Positions 8,216 to 18,204 of a DNA stretch of 54,249 nucleotides are shown here, in pieces (the first letter of the stretch is position 1; the number at the start of each line of letters is the position of its first letter). Source of the DNA: an uncultured Prevotellaceae bacterium. GTDB taxonomy: Bacteria; Bacteroidota; Bacteroidia; Bacteroidales; Bacteroidaceae. The notes under the pieces were generated by a model. The model made no database searches, was not told the DNA's origin, and was given only the letters and a program-made list of their open reading frames with translations. The stretch spans positions 1-54,249 of the forward strand of contig CAMOVB010000001.1 in assembly GCA_946626925.1 (NCBI GenBank), read 5' to 3'. The translations under genes were made by a program, and so were the position numbers.

Positions 8216-8557
8216 TTAAAGGAGTTTATTGACACTCTCATACATCTCAATGTTCACGGTTGATTCCTTTGCCGAAGTAACAAGTACGTCGTTTATCTCA
8301 ACAGGGTCATAACCTATAAACTTACATACCACCGAGTAACGTCCCACAGGTATGGAGCTAATGCTGAACCTACCCGTACTGTCCGTCACACATCCTTTTG
8401 AAGGGTCATCCGTCAATTGCACCGTTGCTGCTTCAATCGGTTCATGAGTGAGGGCATCCACAACCCTACCCCTAATGTTTTGGGAAATCTGTTGAGCGTA
8501 ACTCAACGCTGAGATACTAAGTGTTGCCAATGCAACGTAAAGCCTGATTGCTTTCAT
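8216..8557 (-). pseudogene. TonB-dependent receptor, N-terminal fragment only (signal peptide plus carboxypeptidase-regulatory-like domain)
   Basis: 113 aa: signal peptide, then IRGRVVDALTHEPIEAATVQL...GRFSISSIPVGRYSVVCKFIGY..., the typical N-terminal extension of Bacteroidota TonB-dependent receptors. The ORF stops where the plug domain should begin, and no barrel-coding sequence follows. Confidence 0.6.
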
Positions 8558-8590
8558 CTTTTTTTACTAAATGCTATCCGTTTTATTATT

Positions 8591-8725
8591 GTAGTTAAAG
8601 AGAAGTTAAAATGTAGTTATAAAGGAAGTTAAAGAGACAATTGACTATTCGCCGATTATTTCGTACAATCACTCAGCGATGAACATTCGTCATTTTAACT
8701 CCACTTTAACTTCTATTTTACTCCT
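8591..8725. repeat. Inverted repeat built from AGTTAAAG words (about 11-bp word spacing), upstream of the receptor fragment
   Basis: gtagttaaagagaagttaaaatgtagttataaaggaagttaaagag ... cattttaactccactttaacttctattttactcc. Related words occur at 8200-8224 and 53309-53330. Confidence 0.55.
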
Positions 8726-8963
8726 TTTTATCTCCCCACAAATAAAGTTAAATCGAAATATTTATCGCAAAGATAAACCGTTTCCACTATATACCACTTC
8801 ATAAATCTTATCCAAACCGCTTACTGTCAAAAACTTTCACACTCTTCCGTATAATATTTTGACATATAAGAAAGTTCCCTGCTGACTAAATCGCCACCAG
8901 GGAACCCAAATAAAGTAAGAAAAATAACTGTATGAGTTATATTTGTGTACTTCTAATTGCTCA

Positions 8964-11873
8964 TTATTTCAGAGCAACCTTTCTGCCATTATGTACATAG
9001 ATGCCTGCCTTTGTAGGGCGAGCAATCTTAACACCTTGCAGAGTGTAGTACTCACCATCCTTTGCATCAGAGAGAGATACTGTTTCTATACCTACTGAAA
9101 CAACCCAAGTAGCTGTGTAAGTAACATCATTAGCTGGTACAGTCTCTGCTACTTCTGGTGACCATGCGCTCAATACATAACCCTCCTTTGTAAGGTCAGT
9201 AGGAGCAACGATAGGAGCACCGTACTCAAGTATTTCACTCTTTACTACCTCGCCATCGACGATAAAGGTAACCTTGTATGAGTTAATTGCCCATGTAGCT
9301 GTGTAAGTCACATCCTCAGCAGGAACTGTCTCTGCTACCTCTGGTGTCCAACCCGTGAATGTGTAGCCCTCCTTGATTGGAGCATCAGGTAGAACTATTG
9401 TTGTGCCATATTCAAGAGACTCAGACTTTACTGTCTCGCCATCTACGACAAAGGCTACGGTATATTTATTGGTACTCCATGAGGCTACGTATGTCACATC
9501 TTCAGCAGGAACAGTTTCAGCAACAGCTGGTGTCCACGAATCAAATGTGTAGCCGACCTTGTCAGGCACATCTGGAGCAACGATAGGTGAACCATAGTCG
9601 AGTGTCTCTGTCTTTAGGATATCACCATCAACAATGAATGTAACAGTGTACTGGTTAATGCTCCATGTGGCATTGTAAGTCACATCCTCAGCAGGTACAG
9701 TAACACCATCCGTGTAGCCTTCCCATCCTGTGAATGTGTAGCCTTCCTTAGTTGGTGCAACTGGTACGGTGATAGTAGTACCATAGTCGAGTGTCTCTGA
9801 CTTCACCACCTCATCGTCTGACTTGAACGAAACGACATACTGGTTAATCTTGAATGATGCAGTATAAGTAACGTCATTTGCTGGAACAGTCTCAGCAACG
9901 GCTGGTGTCCATCCATCGAAAGAATAGCCTTCCTTCTCTGGAGCATCTGGAACTACGATAGCAGAACCGAAGTCGAGAGACTCTGACTGAATAATATTGC
10001 CTTCAGACACGAAAGTAACGACATATTTGTTTGGCGTCCACTCTGCCACATAAGTGATATCATTAGCAGGAACAGTAGCACCATCAGCATAGTCCTTCCA
10101 AGACTTGAATGTGTAGCCTTCCTTTGTAGGTATTGACTCTGGAGCTGTGATAACAGAACCGTACTCAAGTGTAGCTGTGCTAAACACCTTGCCATCAACA
10201 TCAAAGGTTACATTGTACTTGTTAATCTTGAATGTGGCTGTGTAAGTCACGTCGTTGGCTGGAACTGTCTCTGCAACGGCTGGTGTCCAAGAATCGAATG
10301 AATAGCCCTCCTTCTCTGGATTAGCAGGGAGAGTTATTGCTGAGCCATAATCGAGTTCATCGGACTTTACCGTTTCTCCCTCAGAAACGAATGAAACATT
10401 ATACTTGTTCACGTTCCATGTAGCTGTGTAAGTCACATTATCAGCAGGAACGGTTGCTCCATCTGTGTAGTTATCCCATCCTGCAAATGTGTAGCCAACC
10501 TTTGTTGGGTCTTCAGGAAGCACGATGAGTTCGCCAAAATCCATTGATGTAGTTGAATAAACCTTGTCGTCAACCATGAATGTTACGAGGAAAGCCCCCT
10601 TACCAAATGAAGCTGTATAAGTAACGTCATGAGCAGGGACAGTGGCATCAACGGCAGGATTCCATCCGATGAAATTGTAGCCTTTCTTCTTTGGGTCAGC
10701 TGGAGGAACAATCTCAGAACCGTATTCAAGAGTGGCTGTAGATATAGCTACTCCATCAGAGATGAACGTAACAACGTACTTGGCAAGTTTCCATGTAGCC
10801 GTATAAGTTACATCCTCTGCTGGCATGGTAGCCGCAACGGCAGGAGTCCAACCAGCAAAATCATAGCCTTCCTTCTTTGGGTCATCTGGAGTAGTGATAG
10901 GAGAGCCGAAGTCAACGGAAGATTCTGTAGCCACACCATCCACAACAAATGAGAGCTTGTATGAGTTAACCTGCCAGTTTGCTGTAAACGTGATGTCGTT
11001 AGCAGGTACGGTAGCACCATCTACAGATGGTGTCCATCCAACAAATGTATAACCTTCCTTCTCTGGGGCATCAGGAGCTGTGATAGCAGAACCGTACTCA
11101 AGAGTGTAAACAGTATTCTCAGTACCGTTGTCGGCATTGAAAATCACGTTATAGCTATTAACGTTGAACGTAGCATCATAAGTAACGTCGTGAGCAGGAA
11201 CAGTAGCGTCTGTTGTCCAGCCACCAAATGTATAACCAGTCTTTGTTGGTGCATCAGGAACGCTGATTTCTGAACCATACTCCAATGAAGCCTTTGAATA
11301 CTCCTCACCATCAACCGTAAACACCACGTTGTACTTGTTGATGTCGAACACGGCTGTGTAAGTCACGTCATTGGCTGGAACAGTAGCGTCAACGGCAGGA
11401 TTCCATCCACGGAAAGCATAGCCTTCCTTAATTGGGTCTGCTGGTAGTTCTATCTCAGACTTATAAGCCAAGTAACCAGTCTTAACAGTCTTACCCTCTG
11501 AGACGAAAGCAACCTTGTACTTATTAGGTTCGAAGTTAGCTGTTACCGTCACATCCTCGTCTGGCATCACATAGCCATAAGAAGCATTGGTAGAAACAAC
11601 ATTCTCCCCTATCGTCCAATTGACGAAGTGATAACCCGTAGCAGGTGTTGCTGAAATAGCAACAATTGAACCCACAGGATAGACACCAGCTCCGTATGTA
11701 GTGGCTGTTGTGGCACTGGCTGTACCGAAGTCGGTGCTATTGACCGCAACAGTTATCTTTTTTGTAACCAAACCAGGGTGTCCAGGAAGAGTCCAGTCAT
11801 CACCTCCGTTCAGTTGGGCAAATACGGTTACGCTACATAGCCATACTGCCAATATTGATAATATCTTATTCAT
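8964..11873 (-). CDS. T9SS-secreted surface protein built from about 14 InlB B-repeat (Listeria-Bacteroides repeat) units
   Basis: Signal peptide. One divergent unit plus 13 regular ~62-aa units of the form NxYxVxFxxDG...LxYGSxIxxPxxPxKEGYxFxGWTP...VPAxDVTYTAxW. C-terminus ...YYTLQGVKIARPTKAGIYVHNGRKVALK matches T9SS sorting domains. Confidence 0.8.
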   Translation of the reverse strand: MNKILSILAVWLCSVTVFAQLNGGDDWTLPGHPGLVTKKITVAVNSTDFGTASATTATTYGAGVYPVGSIVAISATPATGYHFVNWTIGENVVSTNASYGYVMPDEDVTVTANFEPNKYKVAFVSEGKTVKTGYLAYKSEIELPADPIKEGYAFRGWNPAVDATVPANDVTYTAVFDINKYNVVFTVDGEEYSKASLEYGSEISVPDAPTKTGYTFGGWTTDATVPAHDVTYDATFNVNSYNVIFNADNGTENTVYTLEYGSAITAPDAPEKEGYTFVGWTPSVDGATVPANDITFTANWQVNSYKLSFVVDGVATESSVDFGSPITTPDDPKKEGYDFAGWTPAVAATMPAEDVTYTATWKLAKYVVTFISDGVAISTATLEYGSEIVPPADPKKKGYNFIGWNPAVDATVPAHDVTYTASFGKGAFLVTFMVDDKVYSTTSMDFGELIVLPEDPTKVGYTFAGWDNYTDGATVPADNVTYTATWNVNKYNVSFVSEGETVKSDELDYGSAITLPANPEKEGYSFDSWTPAVAETVPANDVTYTATFKINKYNVTFDVDGKVFSTATLEYGSVITAPESIPTKEGYTFKSWKDYADGATVPANDITYVAEWTPNKYVVTFVSEGNIIQSESLDFGSAIVVPDAPEKEGYSFDGWTPAVAETVPANDVTYTASFKINQYVVSFKSDDEVVKSETLDYGTTITVPVAPTKEGYTFTGWEGYTDGVTVPAEDVTYNATWSINQYTVTFIVDGDILKTETLDYGSPIVAPDVPDKVGYTFDSWTPAVAETVPAEDVTYVASWSTNKYTVAFVVDGETVKSESLEYGTTIVLPDAPIKEGYTFTGWTPEVAETVPAEDVTYTATWAINSYKVTFIVDGEVVKSEILEYGAPIVAPTDLTKEGYVLSAWSPEVAETVPANDVTYTATWVVSVGIETVSLSDAKDGEYYTLQGVKIARPTKAGIYVHNGRKVALK
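9099..11525 (-). repeat. Coding tandem repeat: 13 units of ~186-192 bp (InlB B-repeat units)
   Basis: Repeat boundaries were read from the translated protein. Units 6-11 alternate between two subtypes (...YTDGATVPA... versus ...TPAVAETVPA...). Confidence 0.8.
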
Positions 11874-11892
11874 AATAGATTTCTTTTTAATG

Positions 11893-14800
11893 TTACTTTA
11901 CCATCACCTTCTTTCCGTCAATAACGTAGATGCCTGACTTAACAGCATTCTTTGCAACCTTTACACCCTGAATAGTGTAAACAGTCTTATCTGTGCCGTC
12001 AGCTGCAATACCAGAGATTGCAGTAGCCTCATCAGCGTGAATAACAAAGCGGCCAACCATTGTGCATGCCTCTGCGACTGTGAATGTATAAGAATCATTC
12101 TTGTCGTCAAGTACAACGGTAGCACCTGTAGCCTTATCCTCAAGTACAACGGCAGAAGCCAAAGTACGTGCAGATATCGTGTATTCACCAGCTGCTCCTA
12201 CACGAACGCCAAGGTTGATTATGCCTGTAGAAAGAGGACGCTCATTAACTGAGCACTTAACATTATTCTCAACCGTGAAAATCTGTGGAACGGAAACATC
12301 CTCGCTCATGAACTTGCTTGCATCACGACCAATCTCATAATTAAGAGATGCACCATCGTTGATAACGAAACGAGTCTTATCGATATTGTTACCATCTGAC
12401 AACGTGATATCATAAAGAGCACGCATAGCAACAGGCAATCTGCGTGAACGCACATCTGAAGATATTGTAGCGTCTGTCTGACGGCCATCCTTACTGAATG
12501 TAAGTTCTGCCTCCTCACTTGTCTGAATGAAGAATGCCTGAAGTGGAGAAAGAACATAGTTGTCATCAGCAGTGTAAGTCACGTAGTTGTTATCTTCCCA
12601 AACGATGATTGGAGCAGTAGTTGACATCTTGCTCTTGTTGAAGAATGCAAGATAAGGATTACCTACAAGATTCCAACCTGAGTTACAAGCATAAATGCTC
12701 TTGTTCTCGTTGAGAGTAACCTTGATGTCACTGTTTGCAAAGATACTTGCAATAGTAGCAGGGGTGGTTGTCGTGAATGAGAATACAGATGTAGCCTCTT
12801 CGCCACGACGGCTCTGGAATATGTAACCTTCTCCATTGAGAAGTATCTCTGACTCAGAAACAGCTACCCAAACATTGTCAAAGTCACCGTTTGCACGAGC
12901 AGTACCGTCATGTCTGTAAATCTTCCACTGTGTATTTTCCTGTGTATTCTTGAGGTCAGCAACAGGAATGTCACATGGCATTACTACGAATGACCACTTG
13001 TTATTAGGAACCTCAATATTGAGGGTAACACTATTTGCAGTAAACGTACCGTTGTTTATCACTGCAGTTGTGCCATCAACAGCTGCAGAAATAGTAACCT
13101 CATCAGCAGCTATATGGTCGTAAGCCTCTGTAACAAATACATCAGCAATGTTCAAACCTACAGGTACGTATTCAGAAATCAACCAATCATGTGAATCCTT
13201 ATTTCCAAATACACTTGAACCCATCTCGTCATTATCAACACCTATAAATCCGTTAGTGCTCTTAATTGTGTATGACTCACCAACAGGAGTGATAATCATA
13301 GTTGATGCCTTGTCAGAACCAACAAGTGACCAAGTATTTGTTCCAAGATAAGCAAGGCTCTGATTACCATCGCTAATAGCATATCCACCCTTATATGACT
13401 TGAGGTATAGTGGTTGTGCATACTTTGAGAGAACGACACCATTTGAATTAAGTGACATGAAGTAACCTGATGACTTGAGAGCTATCTGGAATGGAGCATC
13501 CTCAGCAGGAAGGTTCATCTCTGGAATCTTGACAGCATTAATTTCTGCGATGGTAGTACTTGAATTGATTTCTGCGATTGCTTCGTCAATATCAGCCTGA
13601 CTATACTTGAAGATACCGTCACCAATAGGAGTCAGAACAGATACAGAAGCAAGGGCATCAGCCTTAGCAGAAGCAAGCTTAGCTGCAGCAATTTGTTCAT
13701 TAGAGAATATATCTACACGGTCGTAGAAGAGGTGAGGACAACTACCAGAACCCTTATTAGGTGCGGTATAACCGAGAGAAACAGTTACAGCAGAAGTCTC
13801 AGTAAGAGTAAACTCAATAGTTTGAGTTGTCCATACACCAGGCTTAAATGTTGTAGTCTTTGAATAGGTACCCTTTCCATTGATAAGTACACCAGTAAGA
13901 CTTACGACATTATCAGTACCACCTGCGTTGTAAGTAGGAATCTGAACCATGTAGCTTCCCTTGCCAAGACGAATTGTCTGCGTATAGCTTGATGAAGCTG
14001 TCCATACACCGAGTACACCAAGTGCACGACCATTTGTTCCATCTGGTCCTGCATTTGGAACCATGTGTGATTCATCACCAAGACCTACACCAGAACCATA
14101 TTCAAAGATACCAGCCGCATGAGCATCACCACCTACTGTATATGACCATCCTGTGATGCTGTGCATACCTGATGTCTCATCAGAACCAGCAACGATATCC
14201 TTAGCGTATGTACGGATTGTTCCAGATACTGGAGTACCGAAAGCAAAGTCGCCATTAGTGAAGTTATCAGAATAAAGAGAGAATGTTTCCTTAATCTCGC
14301 CCTTAGTTTCTGCGATGACTTCGTCCATTGAATTGACAAGCTTTATACCCTTGTCAGGAATAATGATTGTGTAAGTCTCAACACTTGAGAAGTCATATCC
14401 TATGACTGCACCCTTGTCTGCAGAGCAAGTATTTTTATATTCCTCACCATTAATTGTGATGTCTATAACATACTTGTTGTCTGGTGACTGTGCAGCAAGC
14501 TGATTATTAAAGTTGTCAAATGTAATGATAAGTTTAGCATCGTCAGAATCGTTTCCTGTGAATGTTGCAATACCAAGACTTGCAGCAGGAATCTTATCAG
14601 AGATATATGTGAGACGGAAGTTATCGACCTTATACCAGTCACCGCCGTCTGCTACATAATTATCACCAGAACCACCGATTGCACCGATAGTTGCGGTATT
14701 ATCACTAACTACGAACTCAAGTTCTACTTCCTTACCTACTTCCTTTTGAGTAGTCTTAGCGCCAGTTCTTTCACCATTAGCTGTGATGAACACCTTAATT

Positions 14801-16914
14801 GTAGCGTCTGAAGCAATAACGGCACTAAGCTTGTATGTACCATTTGGAAGACCTGTGATTGTCTGAGTAATAGGGAGACCTGTAGTCCATGTGTTGAATA
14901 CCCAATTACCATCAGCACCTGACATAGTATAAGTAGCATTTCCATTACTACGAGCACCAGTATCCTTAGACGAACCAACTGTCCATCCGTCAGTATTACC
15001 TGTCTCGAAGCTTGGATTTACGATTGCACCGGTAAAATCAGAACCTTCAGATGTCTGAAGTTTAGTTGCAGTAACAAATGCTTCATCAAGAACAGCAATC
15101 TGTTCTGAAGTGATTTCATCGAGATTTCCTGCATTATATGCAGTACTTATCGTAATGTATGTCTCGTTAGAAGTATAGCTTGCCTTACCTGAATCATCAA
15201 GTTTATCAGCTCTGTTTACATAAACACCCCAACCTGCATACTTCTTTACGGAAGCCTGTGCAGCCTTAAGGGCAATGTCAAGATTTTCGATGGCTGTGGC
15301 GTATGCCTCTGAAGTACTTTCAGGAGTAGCCATAGCGGCAACAAGGTTAGATGCAAGTGCTGCATCCATTGGCAAATCTTTTATCTCTTCTGCCTTTGCA
15401 ATAAGAGTATTAAACTGTGACTGAATCTCGCTAATTCCAGGGTCTTCACTCACCTTGACTGTGAAATTCTTTGCCGCAAGCCAGTTGAAATTACAATTAT
15501 CAACAATAAAGCCAGCCACCAAATCTCCATCTGCATTGGCTTTTCCAGTTGCCTTGAGCACACCATAGTAGATTCCACTTTCTCCATTAGAAGCGTTTGT
15601 TCCAGTAGAGATATCAAGAGACTTAGCAGATCCTGCAAACAGGTAAGCACCAGTCAGGTCTTCGACCTGTTTTTCCTTGTAAGCGCGGACAAGAGCACTA
15701 ATCTCATAGTACTGATTAGGCACAAGTCCTGTAAACTTATATTTAAGAGTTGCATTGTCAAGTACACTACCATTTGGTAACCAGTATTCCATAAATGGGA
15801 TTACCATACCAGAACCATCTGTTTCGCCCTCATTTGACCAAGTATTCTGTTTGAAATGAGCAGAACCATTAGTGATGTCTGTTGTCCATCCACTCATATC
15901 ATCGCTTATGAGAGTAAACGCTTCGGAGATATCAGATCCAACAGCTGTCTGCGAAAGGATAGCATTTCTGTATGCTTCAATAGCACTGTTTACATCAACA
16001 AGTGTACCTACCTCATAAGCAGCCTTTATACCAGAAGCTTCGAATGCAGCCTTAACTGCCGCATTATGATTTTCAGCCTTTGTAATGTAAGTATTTACGT
16101 CCTTATACAATGCAATCGAATTATTTGCATTTTCAATAGCTGTATTCAACGCTTTTACAGCATTCAAAACATCGTCAACAGAAACCAAGGTTGACTCCTT
16201 ACCAGCTGCATCTTTCAGTGCATCAAGCACATCCTTATTCATTGGCTGGGTATAGAGCGCCTCTGCTTCTGCCACCTTTTGTGTGTAGTCAGAAATATAA
16301 TCTTCTGCCGTATATTCCCAGAGAGTAACAGGTCCGAGAATACACCATGAACAATAAGTATCAATATAACCGTGGAAACCAATTTCTATCTCAGTTTCAG
16401 AAGTTACATTGAAATCGAATTCATTGGAGAAATTACCCAAGTAAAAAGCGTTGGCAGCCTTTGCAAGGTCAGAACTACCAGTATAGCCACCAACTCCTGC
16501 AGCATTAAGACCAACTACATATTGTGTTTTTTCGCCAGCATATATGTAAGCCTTTGTGTTTGTACCATTTCCAGCACCTTCACGATAGAAAGCATTAACA
16601 GCTAAGCGGTAATAACCAGCAGGCAATTTTATCTTCTGCGAGAAGTTGAATGTCTTGGTATTACCTATTGAACCACCAGGAGTAGGACTCCAAGCATTAT
16701 AAAACTCAATAACAGGGACATCAGTACTCGTTTGCCAATCCGTGTAACCTTTGTCTGCAAATCCGTTTAATTTATCCAACGTCCAACTACCAAGACTTTT
16801 GAGATTTGCATCTTGCAGGTAGGTAGAAGTAACATCGGTCTTACCAAACGAATCAACACTGAAACTAAAGACTGCTATCGCCGTCAATAGTAAAGATGTC
16901 AATTTCTTTTTCAT
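11893..16914 (-). CDS. Giant (1673 aa) T9SS-secreted multi-module surface protein; function unknown (putative glycan-binding or adhesin)
   Basis: Uninterrupted 5-kb ORF with a signal peptide. Contains repeated beta-sandwich-like modules (e.g. NPSFETGNTDGW...ITGLPNGTYKLSAV...WYKVDNFRLTYI; KLPAGYYRLAVNAFYREG...) separated by Ala/Lys/Glu-rich helical spacers. C-terminus VYTIQGVKVAKNAVKSGIYVIDGKKVMVK is a T9SS sorting domain. Stops 19 nt upstream of the next gene, so probably an operon. Confidence 0.75.
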   Translation of the reverse strand: MKKKLTSLLLTAIAVFSFSVDSFGKTDVTSTYLQDANLKSLGSWTLDKLNGFADKGYTDWQTSTDVPVIEFYNAWSPTPGGSIGNTKTFNFSQKIKLPAGYYRLAVNAFYREGAGNGTNTKAYIYAGEKTQYVVGLNAAGVGGYTGSSDLAKAANAFYLGNFSNEFDFNVTSETEIEIGFHGYIDTYCSWCILGPVTLWEYTAEDYISDYTQKVAEAEALYTQPMNKDVLDALKDAAGKESTLVSVDDVLNAVKALNTAIENANNSIALYKDVNTYITKAENHNAAVKAAFEASGIKAAYEVGTLVDVNSAIEAYRNAILSQTAVGSDISEAFTLISDDMSGWTTDITNGSAHFKQNTWSNEGETDGSGMVIPFMEYWLPNGSVLDNATLKYKFTGLVPNQYYEISALVRAYKEKQVEDLTGAYLFAGSAKSLDISTGTNASNGESGIYYGVLKATGKANADGDLVAGFIVDNCNFNWLAAKNFTVKVSEDPGISEIQSQFNTLIAKAEEIKDLPMDAALASNLVAAMATPESTSEAYATAIENLDIALKAAQASVKKYAGWGVYVNRADKLDDSGKASYTSNETYITISTAYNAGNLDEITSEQIAVLDEAFVTATKLQTSEGSDFTGAIVNPSFETGNTDGWTVGSSKDTGARSNGNATYTMSGADGNWVFNTWTTGLPITQTITGLPNGTYKLSAVIASDATIKVFITANGERTGAKTTQKEVGKEVELEFVVSDNTATIGAIGGSGDNYVADGGDWYKVDNFRLTYISDKIPAASLGIATFTGNDSDDAKLIITFDNFNNQLAAQSPDNKYVIDITINGEEYKNTCSADKGAVIGYDFSSVETYTIIIPDKGIKLVNSMDEVIAETKGEIKETFSLYSDNFTNGDFAFGTPVSGTIRTYAKDIVAGSDETSGMHSITGWSYTVGGDAHAAGIFEYGSGVGLGDESHMVPNAGPDGTNGRALGVLGVWTASSSYTQTIRLGKGSYMVQIPTYNAGGTDNVVSLTGVLINGKGTYSKTTTFKPGVWTTQTIEFTLTETSAVTVSLGYTAPNKGSGSCPHLFYDRVDIFSNEQIAAAKLASAKADALASVSVLTPIGDGIFKYSQADIDEAIAEINSSTTIAEINAVKIPEMNLPAEDAPFQIALKSSGYFMSLNSNGVVLSKYAQPLYLKSYKGGYAISDGNQSLAYLGTNTWSLVGSDKASTMIITPVGESYTIKSTNGFIGVDNDEMGSSVFGNKDSHDWLISEYVPVGLNIADVFVTEAYDHIAADEVTISAAVDGTTAVINNGTFTANSVTLNIEVPNNKWSFVVMPCDIPVADLKNTQENTQWKIYRHDGTARANGDFDNVWVAVSESEILLNGEGYIFQSRRGEEATSVFSFTTTTPATIASIFANSDIKVTLNENKSIYACNSGWNLVGNPYLAFFNKSKMSTTAPIIVWEDNNYVTYTADDNYVLSPLQAFFIQTSEEAELTFSKDGRQTDATISSDVRSRRLPVAMRALYDITLSDGNNIDKTRFVINDGASLNYEIGRDASKFMSEDVSVPQIFTVENNVKCSVNERPLSTGIINLGVRVGAAGEYTISARTLASAVVLEDKATGATVVLDDKNDSYTFTVAEACTMVGRFVIHADEATAISGIAADGTDKTVYTIQGVKVAKNAVKSGIYVIDGKKVMVK

Positions 16915-17712
16915 ACAGTTTAGTTAGATTTTACTTACGTTATTATACATTTTCTCATATTCTCGCACATAACAGACTATATTTCATTCAATAGTGCATT
17001 CCATCAACTAACACAAATTCAGCCATAGAACCTACCGTTTCGACCACTGCAACACACACTATACGATGAAAGGGTACAATACACCCTATCAATGACAGAG
17101 TACATGAGGCGTACAAGTATAAAAACAAAATGTCTGTTATTTATTTAATTCTTACATTTTCTAATCAATATGTGGATATTAGCACACAACTTCATAGATA
17201 TTATCTGTGCCTTCCACTATATCTTCACTTTATCTAATTCTTACATAGATTGAATGTTTTGATGACAAAAGTATTAAATATCTGTGTTTAAGAGTATGAG
17301 AAATTTGTTAAAAAAAGTTAAATCATGTTAGATTATACATTTTTATAGGTGTTTTTGTAGTTTTTACATTCCCAAAGTGTGTGATAAAAACTATATTTGC
17401 AATCAACAAATTACATTCAAAACATACAAAGTCACCGGAAAACTTACATTTTGTCACACTCATACGAAGGAACTGGTTTCAAATTGTCAACGGAGAAATC
17501 ATGGAAGATTTAGGAACAGTTGACGAACCATTAACGAAGGATTATCGAAGGGTGAAAACAAATCAAAAAGATACAATAAAAGAATAAAGCATAACAAAAT
17601 GTCTAAATAGAACTCACATAAGTAAACATAAAACAAGATTTAAAAAGAGGAATCAATATAGATATACTTACATAATATAATTTCAAATAGTTACATCAGT
17701 AAATATATAATT

Positions 17713-18204
17713 ATGAAGACAAGAATACTATTCGTATGTCTCGGAAATATATGTCGTTCCCCTATGGCAGAAGCCATAATGGCAAAACTTGTTAAAAAAG
17801 CAGGTTTAACAGAAGAGATAGAAGTGGATTCGGCTGGCATCATAGGATATCATCAAGGGGAAGGTTCTGACCCAAGAATGAAGATGCACGCCCAAAGACG
17901 TGGATATAATCTCACGCATATCTCAAGAAAAGTCAGAGAGAGTGATTTCAACAACTTCGACCTCATCATCAGTATGGACGATTCCAACTACGATAAACTC
18001 ATGGAACTTGCTCCAACTATAGAGGACGAACAGAAAATAAAAAGAATGACAGATTTCTGCAAGACTTTCGTTGTTGACCATGTTCCCGACCCATATTACG
18101 GAGGAGCACAAGGATTCGAGAACGTAATAGATATTCTTGAAGACGCTTGCAATGGATTACTATTATTCGTAACTTTGCAGCATAAAACTGATATACCGAA
18201 ATAA
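17713..18204 (+). CDS. Low-molecular-weight protein-tyrosine phosphatase
   Basis: CLGNICRS (CX5R-S P-loop) at the N-terminus and the DPYYG aspartate loop. Confidence 0.85.
   Translation: MKTRILFVCLGNICRSPMAEAIMAKLVKKAGLTEEIEVDSAGIIGYHQGEGSDPRMKMHAQRRGYNLTHISRKVRESDFNNFDLIISMDDSNYDKLMELAPTIEDEQKIKRMTDFCKTFVVDHVPDPYYGGAQGFENVIDILEDACNGLLLFVTLQHKTDIPK

Noticed and set aside
9099-11525. Regular ~190-bp tandem repeats that could be mistaken for a CRISPR-like or satellite array
   Set aside because: The repeats lie in one uninterrupted reading frame encoding InlB B-repeat units. There is no short-repeat/unique-spacer architecture and no cas genes.
17381-17587. 68-aa ORF in the 800-bp AT-rich gap
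   Set aside because: Non-ATG start, basic low-complexity sequence, no motif, and a position in a region that looks regulatory. Not supported as a gene.
16915-17712. Possible oriC, given the AT-rich gap next to mnmG/gidA and the nearby parS sites
   Set aside because: I found only one near-consensus DnaA box (TGTGGATAT at 17171-17179). No cluster of TTATCCACA-like boxes is present and dnaA is not in the window. The parS sites indicate only origin proximity.
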